DNA of 33,068 bases from Deltaproteobacteria bacterium (GCA_021323355.1 JAJONK010000001.1:1-33068); one strand, 5' to 3'; positions 10,105 to 17,833 are shown, counted from the stretch's first letter. The notes: generated by a model from the sequence alone, not told the origin. Numbers and translations are program-made.

Positions 10105-12366
10105 TTGCATTTTAGTCTCTTAGCAAGTGCCATGGGCAAAACCTCCAAAACCCAACAGCAGATCAGCGACACGCCCACGTTGGATGAAACTAAACGGCGA
10201 AAGCGTGAAGGGCTGGCGATTCTTATCACTTCGCTGGTGGTGCTGGCGTTCGCATTCTTCGAGGTGCAGCTTCCCGATGTTTCGTCGGAATATTCTCTCA
10301 GCAATAACATTGTTTTCTTTCTCCTAATCAACATCAACATCATTCTTCTGATTCTCCTGGTTTTTCTGGTCGTCAGAAACCTGGTGAAGCTGGTGTTCGA
10401 ACGCAAACGGCGGATCCTGGGCTCACGGCTGAGAGTTCGCCTGGTGATTGCATTTGTCGGCCTGTCGCTGATTCCGACACTGTTGCTGTTCGTCATTGCC
10501 GGGGGATTCGTCACCCGCTCCTTTGAAAGATGGTTCGATATACAGGTCGAGACCGCGCTTCAGGGATCTTTGGAAATCGGCCAGACCTATTATCAAAACT
10601 CGGCAAACAACGCGCTTTTCTATGCACGGCAGCTAAGCCGGCGCGTCACTGAACAGGGGCTGTTCGAGACCGGACGGCGGAGCGATCTTAAAGAATTTAT
10701 CCAGATCAAGCAGCGTGAGTACAATCTCGGCACAGTGGAATTATTTTCACCAGATCACCTGCCGGTAGTAGTGGCTTTCAACGACCAGGTACCCACTGGA
10801 GTTAGCATCAAAGCTGAAGCCGATTTCCTTAACCGGGCGCTGCGCGGCCTGGAAGTCACCCGAACTCAGGCTTTTGGCGAGGGCGACGTTATTCGCGGCG
10901 GTGTTCCGATCTATGACAGCGGCAAGCGGATTCAGGGAGTCGTCGTAGTCGATTATTACGTGCCGAAGAGCATCACCAAACGCGCGCTTGAAATCTCCCG
11001 GTCCTATGAGCAGTACAAACACCTTGGTTTTCTGAAGAACCCGGTGAAAAACAGTTACATTCTGACCCTGCTATTAATTACCCTGGTGATTATTTTCGCC
11101 GCGACTTGGTTCGGCCTTTATCTTGCCAAAGGAATCACGATCCCGATTCAGCAGGTGGCAGCGGGGACTCACGAAGTCGCTCATGGCAACTGGGATTATC
11201 AAATTGAGGCGGCCGGCGATGACGAGTTAGGAACCTTGGTTGAGTCTTTCAACCAGATGACCCGAGACTTAAAGAAGAGCAACCTGGAATTGTTGCGCCG
11301 CGGCAAGTTCGTTGAAACACTTCTCGCTAATATTACCGCAGGAGTGATTGCTGTCGATTCAAATGGGAAGATCACTTCCTGGAACAAGGCGGCCGAACAA
11401 ATGTTAGGTGTGGATGGTTCTGCTGCTCTCGGAAAATACTACAGGGAAGCGTTTGAAACCGAGCCGCTAATGGTCATGCGCGACTTGATTGACAACCTCA
11501 AAGATCGCGAAAGCAGCGAGACTGAATTGCAGATACAGCTACCGGACCATCTCCTTACCGTATTCGCGACCGCCGCTACCCTCAGAGATGATGCTAATGA
11601 TAGCTTAGGTATTATGATTTTTCTCGAAGACATTACCCAGATTCAAAAAGTACAGAGGATGGAAGCGTGGCGCGAAGTGGCGCGGCGAATCGCTCACGAA
11701 ATCAAAAATCCGCTTACGCCGATACAGCTCTCGGCCGAGAGACTGCGCAAACGCTATGCTAAACTGTTGCAGGGGGACGGCGCGGTACTGGATAAATGCA
11801 CGACGACGATTATCCAGCAGGTGGTCGAGCTCAAGAATCTGGTGAATGAGTTTTCGCAATTCGCAAGACTACCTACGGCTCAGCCGGTGCCCAACGACCT
11901 AAACGTGATTGTTCAGGACGCGCTATTCCTGTTTAAGGAAGGACATAACCATATCGATTTTGAATTCCGGCAGGGAGAGTTGCCGGCGTTGGAGCTCGAT
12001 CGGGAGCAAATCAAACGGGTAATGATTAACTTATTAGACAACGCCGTGGCCGCCGTTGGCGATGGCGGCCATGTGCAGATAGCGACTGCCTATGATCGCA
12101 CTCGGAACACTGTCTACCTTGAAGTTGCCGACGATGGTTGCGGCATGGCGGCAGAAGCTCGAGTTAGAATATTTGAGCCTGGATTTTCCACTAAAAAACA
12201 GGGTACCGGCCTGGGGCTAACCATCGTCAATCAAATTGTCGAAGATCATCGCGGTTATATTCGGGTGCGGAACAACGAACCGCGCGGCACCAGGTTCGTG
12301 ATAGAGTTTCCGGTGCGGGAGCAGGGCGCGCTACACGAGTTTAAAAGGAAGGCTGCGCAGCTATGA
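10105..12366 (+). CDS. Membrane sensor histidine kinase with NtrY-like architecture (4 TM segments with a roughly 180 aa periplasmic loop, then HAMP, PAS, HisKA and HATPase_c)
   Basis: Hydrophobic segments lie at about aa 37-54, 68-90, 110-136 and 318-341. A HAMP domain follows TM4. A PAS-like region is present (LLANITAGVIAVDSNGKITSWNKAAEQMLG). The H-box is EVARRIAHEIKNPLTPIQLSAERL, with the His codon at 11695-11697. The N box is NLLDNAV, and the G boxes are DDGCGM and GTGLGLTIV. ATG 10132 is a plausible alternative start. Confidence 0.9.
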   Translation: MHFSLLASAMGKTSKTQQQISDTPTLDETKRRKREGLAILITSLVVLAFAFFEVQLPDVSSEYSLSNNIVFFLLININIILLILLVFLVVRNLVKLVFERKRRILGSRLRVRLVIAFVGLSLIPTLLLFVIAGGFVTRSFERWFDIQVETALQGSLEIGQTYYQNSANNALFYARQLSRRVTEQGLFETGRRSDLKEFIQIKQREYNLGTVELFSPDHLPVVVAFNDQVPTGVSIKAEADFLNRALRGLEVTRTQAFGEGDVIRGGVPIYDSGKRIQGVVVVDYYVPKSITKRALEISRSYEQYKHLGFLKNPVKNSYILTLLLITLVIIFAATWFGLYLAKGITIPIQQVAAGTHEVAHGNWDYQIEAAGDDELGTLVESFNQMTRDLKKSNLELLRRGKFVETLLANITAGVIAVDSNGKITSWNKAAEQMLGVDGSAALGKYYREAFETEPLMVMRDLIDNLKDRESSETELQIQLPDHLLTVFATAATLRDDANDSLGIMIFLEDITQIQKVQRMEAWREVARRIAHEIKNPLTPIQLSAERLRKRYAKLLQGDGAVLDKCTTTIIQQVVELKNLVNEFSQFARLPTAQPVPNDLNVIVQDALFLFKEGHNHIDFEFRQGELPALELDREQIKRVMINLLDNAVAAVGDGGHVQIATAYDRTRNTVYLEVADDGCGMAAEARVRIFEPGFSTKKQGTGLGLTIVNQIVEDHRGYIRVRNNEPRGTRFVIEFPVREQGALHEFKRKAAQL

Positions 12367-13682
12367 AAAATGGAGGGGCGGTGAAGGAGTTATCATCTCA
12401 GAAAACCATCCTTGTTGTCGATGATGAGGACAAGGTTCGGGAGTCGGTTAAAGAAGTGCTGACGGACGAGGGATATCGGGTACTCGATACCGCGGATGCC
12501 ACTTGCGTCCTGGAAATGATCGAAGCGGAGCAACCTGGGCTTGTGCTGCTCGACATCTGGATGCCGAAAATCGATGGTATTGGCTTGCTCAAGGAGATCA
12601 AGAGCAAGAAGCCTTCAACCAATGTAGTGATGATCTCCGGGCACGGCAATATCCACACGGCGGTGACTGCAACTAAATTTGGCGCTTTCGATTTTATCGA
12701 AAAGCCGGTCTCGCTCGACGGCCTGCTTCATACCGTGCAACGCGCCCTGGGCGAGCTCCCTGTACCTCAGAGCCTCTCCGAAATCGGCCAGCGCCATGGG
12801 GCCGAGGACACCGACACAGTGAGTACAGCTTTGCGGATAGTCACATCCGCCGAATCGATTCGACAAAAGACCTTAAGAAAAAGCGTGGTGAGTTCAGGTC
12901 AAGGATTGCATTCAGGTATTAAAACAGGATTGATTCTGCATCCGCTCCCGCCAAATAGCGGCATCCTATTCGAGGGTATCTCAGGTGATGTCAGCGTACC
13001 TGCGCATTTAGATTATGTCGGATCAACGGGATTCGCGACATCATTGAGCCATCGCGGTTTTACGGTTGCGACCGTAGAGCATTTTTTGGCGGTCCTCCAT
13101 AGTTACGGAATTACGAACTTGCTAGTGAAAGTTCAAGGCGAGGTTCCGATCTTGGATGGATCGGCGGCGGAGTTTTGCGAACTCATCGAGGAAGCTGGGC
13201 TGCACGAGCAAGACGAAAGCTGGTCGAGAATCGTCATTGATCGTCCTTATCGCATCGGTGACGACGGAGGAGAATGGATTAGTATTGAACCAGCGGAGAC
13301 GTTTTCGGTCCACTACGTTCTGAAGTATCCGAAACCGGTCGGCGTGCAGGAATACATATTCACACATCAGAGTCCGACTTCGTTCAAAGAAGAAATTGCG
13401 CCGGCAAGGACCTTCGGTTTTCTGCGCGATATGGAGAAGATGCAAAAGCTCGGCTTGATCAACGGAGGCAAGCTTAGTAATTGTATCTTGATCGATGATG
13501 AGAAAATCGTAAACACGGACTTGCGCTTTCCGGAGGAACTGGCGCGTCATAAAATTCTTGACATTATCGGGGATTTTTATCTGCTGGGAAGACCCATCCG
13601 CGGCAAAATCACGGCTCACATGACCGGCCATTCCGATAACATTGCATTACTTAAAGCTGTTCGAACCGGCCTGGGACTATAA
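12363..13682 (+). CDS. lpxC: Response-regulator receiver domain fused to UDP-3-O-acyl-N-acetylglucosamine deacetylase (REC::LpxC), 439 aa
   Basis: This is a single uninterrupted ORF whose ATG overlaps the kinase stop (ATGA at 12363-12366). Residues 14-129 form an NtrC/NtrX-type receiver (VVDDED, VLLDIWMP, VVMISGH, AFDFIEKP). Residues 166-439 align end-to-end with LpxC (IRQKTLRKSVVSSGQGLHSG, TVEHFLAVL, ILDGSA, RTFGFLRD, RHKILDIIGD, TGHSDN). Confidence 0.9.
   Translation: MKNGGAVKELSSQKTILVVDDEDKVRESVKEVLTDEGYRVLDTADATCVLEMIEAEQPGLVLLDIWMPKIDGIGLLKEIKSKKPSTNVVMISGHGNIHTAVTATKFGAFDFIEKPVSLDGLLHTVQRALGELPVPQSLSEIGQRHGAEDTDTVSTALRIVTSAESIRQKTLRKSVVSSGQGLHSGIKTGLILHPLPPNSGILFEGISGDVSVPAHLDYVGSTGFATSLSHRGFTVATVEHFLAVLHSYGITNLLVKVQGEVPILDGSAAEFCELIEEAGLHEQDESWSRIVIDRPYRIGDDGGEWISIEPAETFSVHYVLKYPKPVGVQEYIFTHQSPTSFKEEIAPARTFGFLRDMEKMQKLGLINGGKLSNCILIDDEKIVNTDLRFPEELARHKILDIIGDFYLLGRPIRGKITAHMTGHSDNIALLKAVRTGLGL
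12402..12749 (+). other. Receiver (REC) domain module of the fusion protein
   Basis: The acidic pair D20/D21 is present. The predicted phospho-acceptor is D64 (GAC at 12552-12554 in VLLDIWMP). S92 and K114 occupy the conserved T/S and K positions. Confidence 0.85.
12858..13679 (+). other. LpxC deacetylase module of the fusion protein
   Basis: Counterparts of E. coli LpxC E78/H79 (E239/H240, with H240 at 13080-13082), T191/F192 (T350/F351), H238/K239/D242/D246 (H396/K397/D400/D404) and H265 (H423) are all present. Confidence 0.85.
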
Positions 13683-13696
13683 CTTCTCTCGTTAAA

Positions 13697-14167
13697 GTGC
13701 CGACTGCCAAAGTGGGTATGGATTCATCTTCGCCTTATTCCAGATTGTTCACGATCAACGAAGCGAACGCCCTTTTGCCCATAGTGCGTCCGACGATCGA
13801 ACGCATTCTGGAGATCATACGGCGCCTGCGCGCCAAGAGCGAAATAGTGATTCGCGCGGAGCAGATCGACCCGGAAACGCCCAACCTGATGCGCCGTTTA
13901 CAGCAGAACGATGAGATCGCAGCCTTGATCAAGCAGATCAACGACGCTGTCAATGAGATTCAACAACATGGCTGCGTGTGCAAAGGCGTGGAACAAGGAT
14001 TGCTCGATTTTCCCTGTTTATTGGGAGAAGAGATTGTCTTTCTTTGTTGGCAATACGGCGAACCTGAGATTGCTTACTGGCACAGAATTGAGGACGGCTT
14101 TGCCGGTAGACGCCCATTGTTGGACCCCACTGTCACCGGATCGAGCGGCGGCGGTCCGCTTCACTGA
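13697..14167 (+). CDS. DUF2203 domain-containing protein
   Basis: The family pattern is present: FTINEANALLPIVRP, a helical stretch, then GLLDFPCLLGEEIVFLCWQYGEPEIAYWHRIEDGFAGRRPL. The start is either GTG 13697 or ATG 13718. Confidence 0.75.
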   Translation: MPTAKVGMDSSSPYSRLFTINEANALLPIVRPTIERILEIIRRLRAKSEIVIRAEQIDPETPNLMRRLQQNDEIAALIKQINDAVNEIQQHGCVCKGVEQGLLDFPCLLGEEIVFLCWQYGEPEIAYWHRIEDGFAGRRPLLDPTVTGSSGGGPLH

Positions 14168-14233
14168 GCCTCGCCAAATTGGGCTCTCCAGTTGTAGTTC
14201 CGCGTCAATCTAATTCCGGAGTTTTCTGGCCTT

Positions 14234-15403
14234 ATGATTTCCACCGCTGAGCCGAATTTGGCCGAGCTGTCTCAGCGCATCAAGAATGAAGCGCAAAGGC
14301 TCGGCTTTGAACTTGTTGGAATCTCTCCAGTGCGGCTGCCGCCGCACGAGCAGTCGTTCGCCGATTGGCTGCGAAAAAAATTTCACGGTGATCTCGATTA
14401 TATGGAGCGAACCGAGCTTTTGCGGCGCGATCCAAGGCTGCTTGTCCCCTGGGCGGTGTCAATCATTTCCGTGGGAATGAACTACTACACGCCGTTTAAA
14501 CGGCCAACCCCGTCAGAACGCGGGCGCGGCTGGATCTCGCGCTATGCTTGGGGTGATGATTATCATGAGATTATTCGGGACAAACTGGAAGCCTTGCTCG
14601 TATTTCTTCGTGAGATTGGCGGCGAGACGGTGGAAGGCAGAACCTTCGTTGATTCCGCGCCGATTCTGGAACGGGACTTTGCGGGGACTGCCGGCATAGG
14701 ATGGCTCGGGAAAAATACCCAGCTGATTTCGCCGAAAAAAGGGTCCTGGTTTTTCCTTGGTGAGCTGTTTACCAGTCTGCCCCTTGCTTATGATCAGGCC
14801 ATTCGCGACCGCTGCGGTCAATGTGACTTGTGCCTAAAAGCCTGCCCAACCGGCGCCTTCATCGGACCCTATCTGTTGGATGCGCGTCGCTGCATCTCCT
14901 ACCTTACGATTGAGCTCAAGGGTTTTATTCCACGTCATCTGAGACCCCTTGTCGGTAATCACATTTTCGGCTGCGACATCTGCCAGGAAGTCTGTCCTTA
15001 TAATGTTAAAGCGAATTCCACCGATGAACCGTCTTATTTGCCGCGCCAAGGGCTTTATGCGCCGGATTTGATTGCGCTACTGTCGATCGACCAAGAGGAA
15101 TTTCGCCGGCGGTTTCGCGGCAGTCCCATTGTCCGGGCAAAACGACGTGGATTTTTGCGCAATGTAGCCGTGGCGCTTGGCAATAATGGCGGGCCTGAAG
15201 CCGTGCCGGCGCTGACCAAGGCACTGAATGACGAAGAGCCACTAGTTCGCGGTCATGTCGCATGGGCGCTGGGCCGGATTGGTACATCTGAGGCGCTCGC
15301 GACACTGCGGCAGAAATTGCTTTCAGAAGCTAACCCGGAGGTTAAAAGCGAGATTGAGGAGGCTCTTCGTGAGGCCAGTGAATCTGTCCCTGATCACTTA
15401 TAG
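14234..15403 (+). CDS. queG: tRNA epoxyqueuosine(34) reductase QueG
   Basis: GWLGKNTQLISPKKGSWFFLGE is present, as are two 4Fe-4S ferredoxin motifs (CGQCDLCLKACP and CDICQEVCP) and a C-terminal HEAT-like repeat region (EEPLVRGHVAWALGRIG). Confidence 0.92.
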   Translation: MISTAEPNLAELSQRIKNEAQRLGFELVGISPVRLPPHEQSFADWLRKKFHGDLDYMERTELLRRDPRLLVPWAVSIISVGMNYYTPFKRPTPSERGRGWISRYAWGDDYHEIIRDKLEALLVFLREIGGETVEGRTFVDSAPILERDFAGTAGIGWLGKNTQLISPKKGSWFFLGELFTSLPLAYDQAIRDRCGQCDLCLKACPTGAFIGPYLLDARRCISYLTIELKGFIPRHLRPLVGNHIFGCDICQEVCPYNVKANSTDEPSYLPRQGLYAPDLIALLSIDQEEFRRRFRGSPIVRAKRRGFLRNVAVALGNNGGPEAVPALTKALNDEEPLVRGHVAWALGRIGTSEALATLRQKLLSEANPEVKSEIEEALREASESVPDHL

Positions 15404-15451
15404 GATGCGTCATCCATAATAAGAATAAGCATCAATAAGCAGCATCATTTT

Positions 15452-15895
15452 TCAAGCAGTTTCTTCGGGTGGGCAAAGCATGACTTTGAGCGCCTTCATC
15501 AGCTCCTCCTCAATTCTCATGATCCTGCCCTGACCATCGACACAGGCGTGCTTGGTCGAGCCGGAGGCCAGCAGCGTGGCTTCAGCCTCGCGCATGATTC
15601 GGTAGGTGAATGTCAATGATGCGCGGCTGATCGAAGCTATTCGTGTCTCGATGACAATCAGATCATCGTAACGCGCTGGTCTGAAGTATCGGCATGACAG
15701 CTCCGCAACTGGAAAATGCATGCCCCGTCGCTCGATGGTTGCGTACGGAATTCCGCTTGCACGCAGAAACTCACCGCGGCCTCTCTCGAACCAGCGTAGG
15801 TAGTTGGCGTAGTAGACCACGCCCATTTGATCGGTATCACCATAGATGACTCGATAGGTTGTCACATTTAAATCGTTTCGTTTGCTCGAACTCAT
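15452..15895 (-). CDS. Acyl-CoA thioesterase, YbgC/FadM (4HBT hot-dog) family
   Basis: The product is 147 aa and carries the hallmark sequence YRVIYGDTDQMGVVYYANYLRWFERGRGEFLR. Confidence 0.9.
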   Translation of the reverse strand: MSSSKRNDLNVTTYRVIYGDTDQMGVVYYANYLRWFERGRGEFLRASGIPYATIERRGMHFPVAELSCRYFRPARYDDLIVIETRIASISRASLTFTYRIMREAEATLLASGSTKHACVDGQGRIMRIEEELMKALKVMLCPPEETA

Positions 15896-16044
15896 GCGCT
15901 CTCACTCGTATGTTGTTTTGGAGCTTTTCTCAACGCCAGAGTTCCCGACTCGCCTTGACAATCTGAAATGAAGTATGCTTTAAGTTCTACAAATTTTCGG
16001 GCGATCATATTCGTGAATTGCGGGTAAAGGTTCGGAGGAATGAA

Positions 16045-16512
16045 ATGAAGCGAACAACTGATTTCTTGACGTTATCAACCGGCTCGCTCCTGCTCGCTGC
16101 GGGTTTAATCGCGTGTTCATCTGTTCAGGAGCAAACGGCCGCACCCGCGCAAAAACCGACACCGAGCCAGGCCCAAGCTGTCGCCGAAGCAAAGCCGCCC
16201 GCAGAGGCAAAAGCCACAAAGGGCGAAACAAAACAAACCAAATCCAAAGCTGTCGAAGTTGAGGGTGTCATCAGCAGCGTCGGCCAGCGAACGATTACCT
16301 TCCAAGTGGAGCGCAAGGGAAAGGTTCGCGAGGAGGTGGTTGGAGTCGATGACAAAACGAATATCGAAAAAGCCGGCAGCAGAGTCAAATTAAAAGATTT
16401 GCAGCAAAGCGATAAAGCCTTGATCAACTATGAACCCGAAGCCTATACTCCGGCAACCGCCATCAAGGTGACTGGACAAGGTAAATTACAGAAGGTCGGT
16501 GGCGCCGACTAG
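16045..16512 (+). CDS. Hypothetical lipoprotein with an Ala/Pro/Lys-rich linker and a small C-terminal beta-rich domain
   Basis: The start is trimmed to ATG 16045, which is preceded by GGAGGA at 16034-16039. The signal peptide plus lipobox reads MKRTTDFLTLSTGSLLLAAGLIAC. A low-complexity linker follows (AAPAQKPTPSQAQAVAEAKPPAEAKATKGETKQTKSK). I recognise no family with confidence. Confidence 0.6.
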   Translation: MKRTTDFLTLSTGSLLLAAGLIACSSVQEQTAAPAQKPTPSQAQAVAEAKPPAEAKATKGETKQTKSKAVEVEGVISSVGQRTITFQVERKGKVREEVVGVDDKTNIEKAGSRVKLKDLQQSDKALINYEPEAYTPATAIKVTGQGKLQKVGGAD

Positions 16513-17399
16513 CTGCCATAGCGATTGCGGCGGTCGGCGCCGATTAAGTTTAGCTCGATACTGGTTTCGTTTCTTAAGACACGCAGACAGATGCGTTCCC
16601 CCGGTCGCTTCTTCCAAAGCTCCTGATAGAGTTGCCGCCGCGAGCGGATTTGCGTTTTCTCAACATCCAGAATGATGTCGCCCTCTTTAAGTCCCTGACG
16701 ATCAGCCGGGCTCCCTTCCGTCACTCCGCCGACAACCACATGGCCGGCGAGCAAGTGGGGATAGAAACCTAACCAAGGCTTTTGACTGACCAGGGAACGT
16801 TGTTTGAACGCCTGCTCCTGATCAAGGTAATAGCGGATCGGAATGGCCAATGAGAATTTTCCAACATCCGCAAGATTCAGGGAAACCACGCCCAACATCT
16901 CTGCTTTGAAATTTGCCAATGTGCCGCCGCCGAAGCCCGGATTGACGGCTGTCACTCTCACCGTTTGATCGAGCATGTATTCCCAATGGCCGTCGTACGG
17001 TTCCAGTGAAGTTACATAGCCTCCGCTCACTTTTCGTTCGTTGTTTCCGCTGCTCGCAACGATCAGGCTAGCCTGGCCAAGTGCGGCCGGTTCGGTTGCC
17101 GGTTTGAGGAAAGGCAGCCCGCGCGCAGGGATTTTTAAAAGCGCGAGTCCGCTATCGAGATCCTGTGTGACGATTTCACCCGGATACTCTTCTCCTTCGG
17201 CCACGGTGACGGTAATGGACGAAGCTCCGGTCACCACGTAATTAACCGTTAGAATGTACCCTTCCGGATCGACTACGGTTCCGGATCCGGTGCGCTCCGA
17301 CCCTAGGTTCCTGGTGGACGGATGATCTTCTGGGATCGACACGCGGATGTCTACTGTTGCCGGAATGATGGCATGGATCAAGCCGAGATGGCCGTTCAA
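16509..17399 (-). CDS. HtrA/DegP-like (S1C trypsin fold plus PDZ) protein with a degenerate catalytic triad and no signal peptide; predicted pseudoprotease
   Basis: The TTG start at 17399 has AGGAG 7 nt upstream. GSGTVVDPEGYILTVNYVV aligns to GSGFII..GYILTNxHVV. DLDSGLALLKI aligns to DPRSDIALIQI. AVNPGFGGGTL aligns to AINRGNSGGAL. A PDZ-like C-terminus is present (GHVVVGGVTEGSPADRQGLKEGDIILDV). Confidence 0.85.
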   Translation of the reverse strand: MNGHLGLIHAIIPATVDIRVSIPEDHPSTRNLGSERTGSGTVVDPEGYILTVNYVVTGASSITVTVAEGEEYPGEIVTQDLDSGLALLKIPARGLPFLKPATEPAALGQASLIVASSGNNERKVSGGYVTSLEPYDGHWEYMLDQTVRVTAVNPGFGGGTLANFKAEMLGVVSLNLADVGKFSLAIPIRYYLDQEQAFKQRSLVSQKPWLGFYPHLLAGHVVVGGVTEGSPADRQGLKEGDIILDVEKTQIRSRRQLYQELWKKRPGERICLRVLRNETSIELNLIGADRRNRYGS

Positions 17400-17468
17400 A
17401 GTCCTGCTCCTTATGCGACTTTACTCGCTGTTACCGCGAGCATGTCGCTAGTACTATTCTGCGCGGTT

Positions 17469-17747
17469 TCACGCCGCTTCTAAAGCTCTCCCGTGAATTC
17501 TATTGATGATTGCCAGGTTGTCAACGGTCATTAGCGCGTTGCTGATTTCCTTGTTCAGCACGTTGATCGCATCAAATTTTTCAATCAGCGCGATTTGGCA
17601 CCTCATAAGAAGGGTCAAGAGGAGCATAAAATCGTGAACCTCGGCGGCGGGTTCGAACAATCGATGGTCGAAGGGGACCCACGGCATCAATATCGTTTGG
17701 CGCCGAACAATGCCGTTAACGGCAAATAGCAGCGCTGCCTTTAGCAC
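17469..17747 (-). CDS. Hypothetical protein (92 aa), upstream of and co-directional with the pseudoprotease
   Basis: The only support is a track ORF with a GTG start and codon usage that looks coding. No recognisable motifs and no obvious RBS were found. Confidence 0.3.
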   Translation of the reverse strand: MLKAALLFAVNGIVRRQTILMPWVPFDHRLFEPAAEVHDFMLLLTLLMRCQIALIEKFDAINVLNKEISNALMTVDNLAIINRIHGRALEAA

Positions 17748-17833
17748 TGCGGGTTGAATTACTGATGAAGAGAGCCAGCGTCGGAAGTTACGGATAAATC
17801 ACAGACTTTTGTATGTTTGTAATACCGGCCAAC

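Noticed and set aside
14078-14094. A TGGCAC-N5-TGAG string resembles a sigma54 -24/-12 element.
   Set aside because: The -12 element (TTGC) is not matched, and the site lies inside the DUF2203 coding sequence. Other TGGCAC occurrences (228, 2870, 26430) also lack a -12 box.
15955-15984. A perfect TTGACA lies upstream of the lipoprotein gene.
   Set aside because: The best -10 candidates at 17-18 nt spacing (CTTTAA and TTTAAG) are weak, so I do not call a promoter.
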